A stretch of 64,000 nucleotides of DNA, taken from Glaucostegus cemiculus (taxonomy: Eukaryota). The DNA is taken from contig CDPCPM010000020.1 in assembly GCA_976551045.1 (NCBI GenBank), positions 248,001 through 312,000 of the forward strand, given 5' to 3'. Below, one piece after another: positions 52,452 to 63,300 of this stretch (positions are counted from its first letter, which is position 1; each line of letters opens with the position of its first letter). Both the position numbers and the translations under genes were made by a program. The notes under the pieces were generated by a model, which worked only from the letters and a program-made list of their open reading frames with translations, was not told where the DNA came from and searched no databases.

Positions 52452-55400
52452 GTCCGTAAACAGCAAAAGGAACATACAAATCTTATGACAGAATATCGGA
52501 ATAAACAGCAGCAGAAATGTTCTCTATCTCCCTCAGGAGTGATGGGGACAGCCACATCCCAGAACCCTCGTGTAATGCCCAAACTTTCAACACCCATGTT
52601 ATCGGCAGCATTAGCCCAGCAAGGAGGATCAATCCTTGGATCCCAAGCATTAGCTCAGCAACAAAATACACTAATAGGACACACAGGAAATATAAGACTG
52701 CCACTTCAACAAGGACCAACTTTCTTGACGTCGGCTGTGACACAACAACAAGAATATCCATCTGCCTCAGCAACTGTATCTTCTTCTGCTCCAACTAGCT
52801 TTTTTCCCGGAAATTCTGCTGCTCAGACACTTGCGAATGAAAACAGACTCCTGCAAGAGAGACAACTACAGCTACAACGAATGCAGCTTATTCAACAGCA
52901 AGGGCTGGTAGGACCAACTCAGCAACAGAGTATCATGGGAAAATTACAGCAACAAAGTATCATTGGACAGCTTCAACCAACAACTCAGCAGAGTATTGTG
53001 GGTAACAAATCAACGCTGACGCAGCAAGCTATCATGGGCCAACAGCAGCAAGGTTTCATTGGACAACAGCAAGGGATTGTTGTCCAGCCACAACACCAAC
53101 CAAGTCAGCAGCAACAAGCTCTTGCAGGTCAACAACTACCCCAGCAGCACACCAACATGGGTCAAGCTCAGCAGCAGCCAGGAGCACAGCACCAACAGAG
53201 TCTGGCACCTCAACAGCAACACTTGAGGCTGATGAGTCAACAGCATATCCCACCAATTGGTCAACAGCAAGGCCTTCTTGGACATCAGCAATCCCACCAA
53301 CAGGGACTTGCAAGTCAACCTAAACCTCCAAGGCCTCAGCAAGGTCTTATGGCACAGCAGTTGGCACACCAACAAGGTCTTGCAGGTCAACAGCAAGTCC
53401 TTGCTTCCCAACAGCAGCAACAGAATCTTGTTCTACAGCAACAGACATCCAATGCTGCTTTGCAACAGCAGGGACTCATGGGACCTCAACAAGGGATCGT
53501 TTCCCAGAGTCAGCAGTTAGCAACAATGACACCATTGCAACAACATCACCTTCAAGCAGTTTCAGGACAGCTGCACCCACAAAGTGTTATCAGGCAAAAC
53601 AATATCCTTAGACTTTCCACGCCTTTGCAAGGTCAGCAGCAAAGCACAATGGGACATCATGCTCGAATGCAGGGTATAATGCGGCAGCAATCGCAAGATG
53701 TTTTGGGGCAACACATGGCAACACAAGGCATAATGGGCCAGCAGACTCCGTTGCAAGTCCTAAGGCAGCAGCTGCCAGGTATAATGGGGCAAGGGCAGCA
53801 GCAGCATCAATCCCAAGGAATGATCACGCAGAACATGAGGCAGCAGCATCAGCCCCTAATGTCAGTGGAACAAGGACAGCAATCCCAGCCTCAGTGTACA
53901 ACGGGCCAGGGTCAGCAGCATCAGACCCAGAGCACAATTGGACAGGGGCAGGAGCAGCAGCCTCTTGCTGTAATGGGAATGGGACAGCAGACACATCCTT
54001 CACCAGCACCACCCCAGCCCCAGGGATCAATGGGACAAGGAATGGTACAGCAACCACTACAACCTACCCAACCCCAGAGCATGATGGGGCAACAGCCACA
54101 GCCGTCACCTCAACCTCGAGGCACGGTAGATCAGCAACCACCATCCCAGCCACAGAGTACAGTTGGTCAAGGGATAGGACAAGAAATGGCACAGGGAATT
54201 GGACCACAGCCCCAGCCCCAGGCCACCGTGGGTCAGCAGCCCCCGACCCCGCCCCAGACCACCGTGGGTCAGCAGCCCCCGACCCCGCCCCAGACCACCG
54301 TGGGTCAGCAGCTCCCGCCCCAGCCCCAGACCACCGTGGGTCAGCAGCTCCCGCCCCAGCCCCAGACCACCGTGGGTCAGCAGCTCCCGCCCCAGCCCCA
54401 GACCACCGTGGGTCAGCAGCTCCCGCCCCAGCCCCAGACCACCGTGGGTCAGCAGCTCCCGCCCCAGCCCCAGACCACCGTGGGTCAGCAGCTCCCGCCC
54501 CAGCCCCAGACCACCGTGGGTCAGCAGCTCCCGCCCCAGCCCCAGACCACCGTGGGTCAGCAGCTCCCGCCCCAGCCCCAGACCACCGTGGGTCAGCAGC
54601 TCCCGCCCCAGCCCCAGACCACCGTGGGTCAGCTGCTCCCGCCCCAGCCCCAGACCACCGTGGGTCAGCAGCTCCCGCCCCAGCCCCAGACCACCGTGGG
54701 TCAGCAGCTCCCGCCCCAGCCCCAGACCACCGTGGGTCAGCAGCTCCCGCCCCAGCCCCAGACCACCGTGGGTCAGCAGCTCCCGCCCCAGCCCCAGACC
54801 ACCGTGGGTCAGCAGCTCCCGCCCCAGCCCCAGACCACCGTGGGTCAGCAGCTCCCGCCCCCGCCCCCGACCACCGTGGGTCAGCAGCTCCCGCCCCCCG
54901 CCCCCGACCACCGTGGGCCAGCAGCTCCCGCCCCCGCCCCCGACCACCGTGGGCCAGCAGCTCCCGCCCCCGCCCCCGACCACCGTGGGCCAGCAGCTCC
55001 CGCCCCCGCCCCCGACCACCGTGGGCCAGCAGCTCCCGCCCCCGCCCCCGACCACCGTGGGCCAGCAGCTCCCGCCCCCCGCCCCCGACCACCGTGGGCC
55101 AGCAGCTCCCGCCCCCGCCCCCGACCACCGTGGGCCAGCAGCTCCCGCCCCCGCCCCCGACCACCGTGGGCCAGCAGCTCCCGCCCCCGCCCCCGACCAC
55201 CGTGGGCCAGCAGCTCCCGCCCCCGCCCCCCGACCACCGTGGGCCAGCAGCTCCCGCCCCCCGCCCCCGACCACCGTGGGCCAGCAGCTCCCGCCCCCGC
55301 CCCCGACCACCGTGGGCCAGCAGCTCCCGCCCCCGCCCCCGCCCCCTCCCCAGACCACCGTGGGTCAGCAGCTCCCGCCCCCCGCCCCCGCCCCCACCCC

Positions 55401-58400
55401 AGACCACCGTGGGTCAGCAGCTCCCGCCCCAGACCACCGTGGGTCAGCAGCTCCCGCCCCAGCCCCAGACCACCGTGGGTCAGCAGCTCCCGCCCCAGCC
55501 CCAGACCACCGTGGGTCAGCAGCTCCCGCCCCAGCCCCAGACCACCGTGGGTCAGCAGCTCCCGCCCCAGCCCCAGACCACCGTGGGTCAGCAGCTCCCG
55601 CCCCAGCCCCAGACCACCGTGGGTCAGCAGCTCCCGCCCCAGCCCCAGACCACCGTGGGTCAGCAGCTCCCGCCGCAGCTCCCGCCCCAGACCACCGTGG
55701 GTCAGCAGCTCCAGCCCCAGACCACCGTGGGTCAGCAGCTCCAGCCCCAGACCACCGTGGGTCAGCAGCTCCAGCCCCAGACCACCGTGGGTCAGCAGCT
55801 CCAGCCCCAGACCACCGTGGGTCAGCAGCTCCAGCCCCAGACCACCGTGGGTCAGCAGCTCCAGCCCCAGACCACCGTGGGTCAGCAGCTCCAGCCCCAG
55901 ACCACCGTGGGTCAGCAGCTCCAGCCCCAGACCACCGTGGGTCAGCAGCTCCAGCCCCAGACCACCGTGGGTCAGCAGCTCCAGCCCCAGACCACCGTGG
56001 GTCAGCAGCTCCAGCCCCAGACCACCGTGGGTCAGCAGCTCCCGCCCCAGCCCCAGACCACCGTGGGTCAGCAGCTCCCGCCCCAGCCCCAGACCACCGT
56101 GGGTCAGCAGCTCCCGCCCCAGCCCCAGACCACCGTGGGTCAGCAGCTCCCGCCCCAGCCCCAGACCACCGTGGGTCAGCAGCTCCCGCCCCAGCCCCAG
56201 ACCACCGTGGGTCAGCAGCTCCCGCCCCAGCCCCAGACCACCGTGGGTCAGCAGCTCCCGCCCCAGACCACCGTGGGTCAGCAGCTCCCGCCCCAGACCA
56301 CCGTGGGTCAGCAGCTCCCGCCCCAGACCACCGTGGGTCAGCAGCTCCCGCCCCAGCCCCAGACCACCGTGGGTCAGCAGCTCCCGCCCCAGCCCCAGAC
56401 CACCGTGGGTCAGCAGCTCCCGCCCCAGCCCCAGACCACCGTGGGTCAGCAGCTCCCGCCCCAGCCCCAGACCACCGTGGGTCAGCAGCTCCCGCCCCAG
56501 CCCCAGACCACCGTGGGTCAGCAGCTCCCGCCCCAGCCCCAGACCACCGTGGGTCAGCAGCTCCCGCCCCAGGCCACCGTGGGTCAGCAGCCCCAGCCCC
56601 AGACCACCGTGGGTCAGCAGCCCCAGCCCCAGACCACCGTGGGTCAGCAGCCCCAGCCCCCGCCCACCGTGGGTCAGCAGCCCCAGCCCCAGCCCCCGCC
56701 CACCGTGGGTCAGCAGCCCCAGCCCCAGACCGCCGTGGGTCAGCAGTTCCAACCCCAACCCCAGGCCGCGGTGGGTCAGCCACCCCAGCTCCAGCCCCAG
56801 GCCGCTGTGGGTCAGCAGCTCCAACCCCAGGCCACCGTCGGTCAGCAGCTGCCACCCTCAGCCACAATTGCTCAACCACCCCCTCAGGTTCCCTTGGGGC
56901 ACGGAGTAGTGCAACAGCAGTCATCCCAGGGAGCAGTGGGAATGGGTCAGCAGCCTCGGGGGCAAGGCATGAAGGGTGTTGGACAGCAACAAATGCAACC
57001 TCTGAGTATGATGGGAGTTGCACAGCAGCAGCTCCAGCCTCAGGGCACAATAGGCTTTGGACAACAGCAACCCCATGGCACAGTGGAGATGGGACAATCC
57101 CAATCTCAAAGCCCAATAGGGCAGGTAAAGCACCAGCAGCAGCCCCAAGGTTTGATTGGGGTGAGGCAAGCGCAGCAACACCAACTACTCCAGGGCCTGA
57201 TGGGGCAGTGGCAGCTGCAGACACAAGGTGTAGCCAGACATGGACACCCACAGAACCTGTCAGGGCAAGGGCAGCTGTCACAGACTTTGGTGAACCAAGA
57301 GCAAGGACAGCAGCAACAACAACGTTCACAGAGCATATTAGGGCAGGGCCAAGGACAGCAGCAACTGCAGACCCTTATGGTACAGAGGCAGTCTCCGGGT
57401 ACAGTGGGGCAAGCACAGCGGGTGCAGAGTCTAGGTACAATTAGTGGGCAGGGCCTTCAGGCACCTGGTATGGTAGGTCAGGAGAAGGAGCACGAACAGC
57501 AGCAAGAGCAGCCACCTGCCGGTACACTGAGGCAAGGACAGCAACAAGCCCAAATTTTAATGGAGCAGGAATCTCTGCTACCTCCCCATTGCATAATGGG
57601 GCAGGACCGTAACCAGCCACCAACTCAGAACATGTTGAAGAGTGCAGTAGGATTGGGACAGTCTCAGGGTATGATGTATCAAAATCTACAAACTCGAGCA
57701 GTGACTTCAGTGCAACAAACAATTCAACAAGGTGTTGGAGGGCAGCAGAGACCAATGACTCAGCAAAGTCAATTAATGAGACATGTACAGCCATCTGTAG
57801 CTAATCTCCAACAGAATAACGGCCTCGGTTTTCAAGGAGTGGTGCGTGTAGCAACATCACAGCAGCATGGAGCAGTAGGAGATCCAAGGCAAGGGATACC
57901 AAACATCATGACTTCACAGTCGTTTCAACAGCAGCATGCGGGCCTGCGTTCAGTTCAAGTGACTAGTCAACAGATAGGTTTGGGCCAACTTCGTCCAGGC
58001 ATGGTTTATGTTCAGCAGATTAAAGCTGAGCATGGAGGGAAACCACAAGAGATGGCCCATCTAATTCAAAACAAACGAGCAAGGCAGAGCACAGGGTCAA
58101 CAAATGAACTGGTGCCTGCCCAAGTTCATTGCAGTCGTTCACAAATGCTCCATACAGAGGTAAATAAAAACAGTTTGGGAGATGTGCCACTACAAAATGA
58201 AACCATGGAAACAATAGTACAGCCACAGCCAGAATTACTCAAGAACCATGAATCTGAAGACAGTCCTCCTTGCATGGCAGACCCTATTGGAATGATGCCT
58301 CAGAAGATGCCGGATTACAAATCTGATGCATCCGCAATGAAACCACATGGCACTGCAGAAAAAACAAATTCTGCCACTGAAGCGCAAACCAGAATTAATA

Positions 58401-58921
58401 TGGAGATGCATGAACAAAGTGAGTTGACAAAAGCTTGCACATTTGATTTCCCAGTATCTCCTCCAAATCAAGCTGCAAAGGAGGAATACCCTGGACTGCG
58501 AGCAGAATCATCACTGTTGAATCAAACCAATGGGCAAGAGGAATGTGCACAGAAGGTCATTGGAAGACCGGATAACTGTTCTAACTTGCAGGAAGGTGCA
58601 GCTAAGGACACCAATGCAAGTGCAGGTCACTTAGTGAAACAGGAAAACCTTAATGCAATTCGCTGTGGGTACTCTGAGGGAACTTTAAAACATGAGTTAA
58701 ATACTGACTCCTTCGGTGCCTTGAATGTAGGGGACCAGTCTTTCCTTGCTCCCAGGTCTGAAGCTGGACAGCTGCTTCTCCAAAAGTTATTACGCACCAA
58801 GAACTTGCAGCTTGTGGCACAGCGCTCCGGAGATGGAACACACTTGGCTCTAAAAGGACATATTGAAAGCAAGGCTGTGATGATAGATCGGAAACTTCAA
58901 GGTACAACTGGAAATACAGAG
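52452..58921 (+). CDS. KMT2D: KMT2D giant Gln-rich exon (exon-39 equivalent), 6470 nt, containing a coding minisatellite; frame broken by five +1 C insertions as assembled
   Basis: Starts VRKQQKEHTNLMTEYRNKQQQ in the frame of ORF 52485. Ends RSEAGQLLLQKLLRTKN...KLQGTTGNTE in the frame of ORF 53894 (LQKLL at 58778-58792). TTTTAG acceptor and GAG|GTTAGT donor. Length mod 3 = 2. Confidence 0.92.
54219..56860 (+). repeat. Coding minisatellite, about 76 units of 36 bp (CAGACCACCGTGGGTCAGCAGCTCCCGCCCCAGCCC) with 30-bp variants
   Basis: Directly visible tandem array translating as QTTVGQQLPPQP / QTTVGQQLQP / QTTVGQQLPP. Units counted by hand. Confidence 0.98.
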
Positions 58922-58981
58922 GTTAGTTTACAAATTTGTCAGCAAGTTTGAAAGTCAATAAAATTGCAAATGAAAGATAAA

Positions 58982-59110
58982 AACAGAAAATGCTAGAAAC
59001 ACTCAGCAGGTCAGGCTGCATCTGTGGGGAGAGAAACAGTTAATGTTTCAGGTGGAAGACCCTTTGTCAGAACTGAAGAGTGTTAACTCTGTCTCTCTTC
59101 CCACAGCTGT
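58982..59110. repeat. Penelope-derived short element, partial palindrome
   Basis: GCTAGAAACACTCAGCAGGTCAGGCTGCATCTGTGGGGAGAGAAACAGTTAA...TTAACTCTGTCTCTCTTCCCACAG. Confidence 0.75.
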
Positions 59111-59648
59111 GGTGAATTTAGAAATAAAGGCCAAGACCTAAAACAAATATTTTGTGTCTGTCTTCATTGCAGAAGACACGTTACCACAATGTAGTAAAAA
59201 TGGAAGGGACCAAGGCTCTAATTAACTCCCTGTTAATTTTCATTTTGTATACTTTTACCTCAAATTAAGTTTGTTTACCAATGTACGATTACGTTGACCA
59301 TACTGTCCCTTCCTTTCTCGCTCTGGATTATCATTTTCCAAATTGCTGCTTTGGTCACATACAAACACTCACATGCAGTCACCATTTTTTTTTTAAAGCT
59401 TTCTCTTCATTCAGTGATAGAGATTTTGTATAAACATATAAAATGTGTATAGAAGTGACAAATTAGAGTAGCTGGCTTTTCTTTATCCGCTTTGGATCAC
59501 ATTTAGGAGGCAAATATGGACATGCGCAAACAATTCACTTCTGCACACATCACACCAGAATGTGGATTTTATGATGTGCTTCAGAGTATTTGAGTGAAAA
59601 TGTTAAGGTGTGAAACTATTTTTATTTTGCTTTTTTTATACACACAAG

Positions 59649-59801
59649 ATGAAGGAATTTCAAGAAATTAGCAAGAAGAACTTGGCTCCAAAATCGAAAA
59701 GGACACAGAAAGCAACTGACAGAGGCACCAACTCACGAAAGAAGAGTAAAAAGGATGAGGGAATAAAAAGTACAGATGCCCTCATGAAGCAGTTGCAACA
59801 G
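59649..59801 (+). CDS. KMT2D: KMT2D coding exon (MKEFQEISKKNLAPKSKRTQK...DALMKQLQQ), 153 nt
   Basis: Basic NLS-like peptide resembling KMT2D KPKRVQKASDR..RKK..EALLKQLKQ. CAG|GTAACA donor. The AAG acceptor is slightly uncertain (alternative start 59655). Confidence 0.9.
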
Positions 59802-60200
59802 GTAACAGCCCATGATTTGAAATAGCTTGATATCATTTAGAATCTCGGGACTGTAGAATCAGAATATTCAATTCCTGAGAATTCGCTAATATTTTTCATG
59901 TGTGCTTTACACATTCTAGTACCTCCCTAATGCCGAGGTAAAGGACAATTTGTGTACAACAAGTGGTAGAACCAAGCTAAGTACAGTAAATTGAGAGGAA
60001 GAGGGGGAAAAAAAGAGAAGAAAACGTCAAGAGAATATGAGAATTGAATGTCATTTAACATAAGGGATTGAAAGAGTCCTTTGGAAGCATGTTAAATAGT
60101 TATGTGGTTGTTTCTGATCAAAGCTGTAGATTACTTACAGGGCTGTTGAAGTACGTTTCTGTATTGTAGGCATTAATTACTTTTCATTTTATTCCCCCAG

Positions 60201-60365
60201 CAATTGTCTCTTCTTCCTTTGATGGAACCTACCGTTGAGGTGAATTTTGGCCTCTTTCCTCCATTTGGGAGCAGTCCTTTCAATAGCAAAAACCAACTGA
60301 AAGGATCATTTGGGAATGCAGTGCTAGACAGTGTTCCAGATTACTACTCTCAACTTCTCTACAAG
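60201..60365 (+). CDS. KMT2D: KMT2D coding exon (QLSLLPLMEP...VPDYYSQLLYK), 165 nt
   Basis: TTCCCCCAG acceptor and AAG|GTATAT donor. Conserved LSLLPL.EP and DYYSQLL. Confidence 0.95.
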
Positions 60366-61437
60366 GTATATTTGACTGAAATGACACACTTATGGCTATG
60401 TTTAGCATACTTTGCTGCTTTGCGTTATGTAAAAGAGCCATCTTTACTGACAGAAAACTGTGTCCAGTTAATTCTGATAAAAGGTTGCACAATATAATTG
60501 TTGTCTCGTTCATATCTCCAGAGAAGAAGTAAAGCCATTCAATTCAAATGCAAGAATATTAAGCTGAATCTTACTGGCCTAGGCCCCCATAATCACTGCA
60601 ATACATTCTTCCCATGCTAAAACATAGCTGGTCTGGGTGCAGAACATCTATTTTACTGGCCTGAGGTGCTCCAGGCTCCAGCAACATGGCCCAAGTACCA
60701 GCAAGGCATTCAGTATTAAGGAAACTCTGCCCCTGAAAGTTTTAAGAGCTAGGAAAGCCTTGCTCCCAGCTGTAAAAGCTGAGGGATTTAAGTTTTTAAG
60801 TGTCTCTGGCATTAAAATGTTCAAATAAAATTTAATGAATGCTTTTAAGTTTTTTATCTAAAGCAGCATTTTCCCTTTTGTTTGAAATCTCATTTGGTGT
60901 CACAAATCATACACCAGATCTAATATGGCACAAGATCTAAGAGGTTTTTTGTTCTCATCCTGCCCCCTTCACCACTTTTCAGCTTAGATGCTGGAAAATA
61001 TCATCAAAGTAGAGCTCTTTAGCTGGACTCCATGCAAAGTTCAATGGCAGAGCAAATGAACAGATTCAGGGTGTGTTGGTAGGTTTGGGGCTAGCGTGTT
61101 TGACAACTTGTGAATGGAAGTCCTAGACTTTGTTCTATCTAAATGGATACTTACCAGCAAGATCTGAGCCATTGCACATTTTGTTCTAGTAACTATCTTT
61201 AATAAAAATCTTTGGAAATGTTGCATGTTGGGCCCAGGTCATTTTCTAAAAAAAATAATTTTCTGCCTTGCTCCTTCAAACTTGGGTGTCTGTCTGAAGC
61301 TTAAATGAGTGATAGAACAGGCAGCTTCTTGCATGGTGAAAATGATAAAAATACCACCGTGTAATACAAAGTTTAGTTCAGCATTTGCACTTGTTATTTT
61401 CTATTTTAGGTAATTATTTATTGTAATATTTTTGTTG

Positions 61438-61790
61438 GAGTGGCACAGCGGCGCAGCAGTTAGAGCTACTACCTTGCAGCTTAGGGACCAGGTTTCAATT
61501 CTGTCGTCTGGTGCTGTCTGTGTGGAGTTTACTCGTTCTCTCTGTGACCACATGGGTTTTCCCCTGAATGCTTTGATTTCCTCGAACATCCCAAAGTTGT
61601 GCTGGTAGGTTAATTGGTCATTCTAAATTACCCCTTAGTGTAGCTGAGTGGCAAAAAGAATTAGAGGAGTTGATGGATATGTAAGCAAGAATAAGTTTCC
61701 TGTCCCTGTGCAAATAAGATGATGGTGAATGGGATTGTCCTCCTGGGAGCCAACATGGGCTGATTGGGCTCCTCCTGTTTTGTTATCTGT
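61438..61790 (+). mobile_element. tRNA-derived V-SINE (HE1-like), decayed
   Basis: GGCACAGCGGCGCAGCAGTTAG A-box-like, CCAGGTTTCAATTCT B-box-like and GCTGTCTGTGTGGAGTTT..GGTAGGTTAATTGG. Confidence 0.78.
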
Positions 61791-62299
61791 GTTATGGCAC
61801 TGGTACTGTTTACTTAATTTACTGCTTGTGTTCTTTTGCCTTCCAAAATTAAATCTTGTATGTGGGCATCTGATTAAAAACAGCCAAAAAAGTAGTTAAA
61901 TTATGTCAAGGTAAATGAATAAACTAGTGGTAATGAAAATACTGGCTAGAACATAGGTGAGTGGAGGCTTACAGATGGGAGTGGTGTGATATGCTGAACT
62001 CAAAATTAATCCTACGAGTCCAATGGTAATCAAAGTTAAGGACATTTGGTAAAATATTTTGTATGCTGGTAGAGCTTCAGAAAATTTCAGTACTTCAAAC
62101 GAAATTATTTCACAATGCAGTCTTTATTGTCTGCATTTGTTCTGTGGTGTTCTGTACATATTTGTGGAAGAACATCTTACAAATACTTACTGGTTTATAA
62201 CTCTCAAAAGAAAGCCACACCAGCTTGGTTCTTGAATACAAGGTTGCCTCTCAATATTCTAAAATCAAGTGAATTATTTTTTTCTGTCTATCTTAGCAG

Positions 62300-62438
62300 A
62301 ACAATCTGAGTAACCCACCAACACCACCTTCTTCACTGCCTCCTACACCACCTCCCTCTGTCCAGCAGAAACTGGTAAATGGTTTGGCCACTTCTGAGGA
62401 GCTGACTGAAGGACAGAAAGAACATGAAGGACAAAGAG
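62300..62438 (+). CDS. KMT2D: KMT2D coding exon (NNLSNPPTPPSSLPPTPPPSVQQKLVNG...), 139 or 142 nt
   Basis: TCTTAGCAG tandem acceptor and GAG|GTATGA donor. Highly conserved peptide, missed by the ORF track. Confidence 0.95.
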
Positions 62439-62516
62439 GTATGAGAATTCATTAGAGTAAAATTATTAGCACAATAAACAAGGATTTGATTGAACTCTTA
62501 TCCAGGGGGGTTTATA

Positions 62517-62725
62517 AATCAGAATCAGGTTTATTATCACTGACATACGTCGTGAAATTTGTTGTTTTGCGGCAGCAGTACAGTGCAAGGCATAAAGACA
62601 AGAATTATTATAAGTTATAAAAAAAATAGTGCAAAAGAGGAATAACAAGGTTGTGTTCATAGGTTCATGGACCATTCAGAAATCTGATGGCGGAGGAAAA
62701 TAAGCTGTTCCTAAGACATTGAGTG
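62517..62725 (-). mobile_element. Rex/Babar-type LINE 3' end fragment
   Basis: AATCAGAATCAGGTTTATTATCACTGAC microsatellite tail and AGAAATCTGATGGCGGAGG..AAGCTGTTCCT. Confidence 0.6.
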
Positions 62726-62769
62726 TTTTAGATATTGATTACTTGGCCTTGTACAACCTGTAAGAAGTT

Positions 62770-63300
62770 TTGCCGTGGTGTCCTGGTGAAACTAGCATAC
62801 TGCGTTCAGTTCTGGGCCTTAAGGATATATTTTCTTTGGATAGGTTGCAGTTTTGATTCTGGAGTCCAAGGGCCTAAGTTGTACAGACGGGCTGCATTAG
62901 ACTAGACTTATATTTCCTAGAATGAAGAAAATTAAGGTGTTTAATTGCAGTGTTTAGGGTGATTTAAGAAATTATGTGGTACAGAGGGGAAAAAAAGTTG
63001 CTCAAGTGGGGTAAATCCAGAATAAAGGCATAACTTGAAAATTAGGATTAGGCCATTTAAGGTGATGCTGGGAAATAGTACTTCACACGAAAGGCTGTGG
63101 AAATCTGCAATTTAACAATGAGCTTTGGAAACTAGGCAATAATGGCAAATTTCGAAACTGAACTGTTTTTTTGTTATGCAATGAACATTTATTAAGGCAA
63201 TGAACTAAGTTGGGTAACTAGTGACAAAGTACCAATTAGGTATGATCTAATTAAATGGCTCAAGGCTAGACTTGGACAGGTTACTTCTGTTACACCTAGT
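62770..63300 (+). mobile_element. Decayed CR1-like LINE 3' portion
   Basis: ACTAGCATACTGCGTTCAGTTCTGG (LAYCVQFW) and TACTTCACACGAAAGGCTGTGGAAATCTG. Confidence 0.65.

Larger units (their letters stand above)
3965..62438 (+). other. KMT2D: KMT2D (MLL2/MLL4) gene, internal portion; both gene ends lie outside the window
   Basis: The spliced translation contains KMT2D-type peptides (EGEGDGLSYNQRS..WEKDE..LSTISPVLYANINFPNL, NDPHLDDLL..EFDLLAYTDPELDTGDKKDIF, DPIAKAKMVALKGIKKVMAQG, HRKSRKALCAKQRTAKKAGREFPEADAEKLK, NNLSNPPTPPSSLPPTPPPSVQQK). They match my recollection of KMT2D better than KMT2C. Exon phases are mutually compatible. Confidence 0.95.

Noticed and set aside
54219-56860. CRISPR-like array of ~36-bp repeats
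   Set aside because: Units are head-to-tail with no unique spacers, there are no cas genes, and the context is a eukaryotic exon.
54064-57329. Long antisense ORFs (447, 417, 647 and 654 aa) and alternative sense frames (PDHRGSAAPA, PRPPWVSSSR repeats)
   Set aside because: The repeat unit has no stop codon in these frames, so long ORFs arise automatically. Only the QTTVGQQ frame is continuous with conserved KMT2D sequence at both ends.
52452-58921. KMT2D pseudogene call because of the frameshifts
   Set aside because: All shifts lie in C homopolymers within one 0.5-kb block of a GC-rich array, and every other exon has an intact frame and splice sites.
3965-62438. Assignment to KMT2C (MLL3)
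   Set aside because: Diagnostic peptides (GLSYNQRS, STISPVLYANINFPNL, DKAP, LLAYTDPELDTGDKKDIF, ALCAKQRTAKK) fit my recollection of KMT2D better. A protein tree would settle it.
560-62675. Numerous 60-170 aa intronic ORFs in the track
   Set aside because: They are random open frames, antisense shadows of exons or disabled LINE fragments. I found no independent nested gene.
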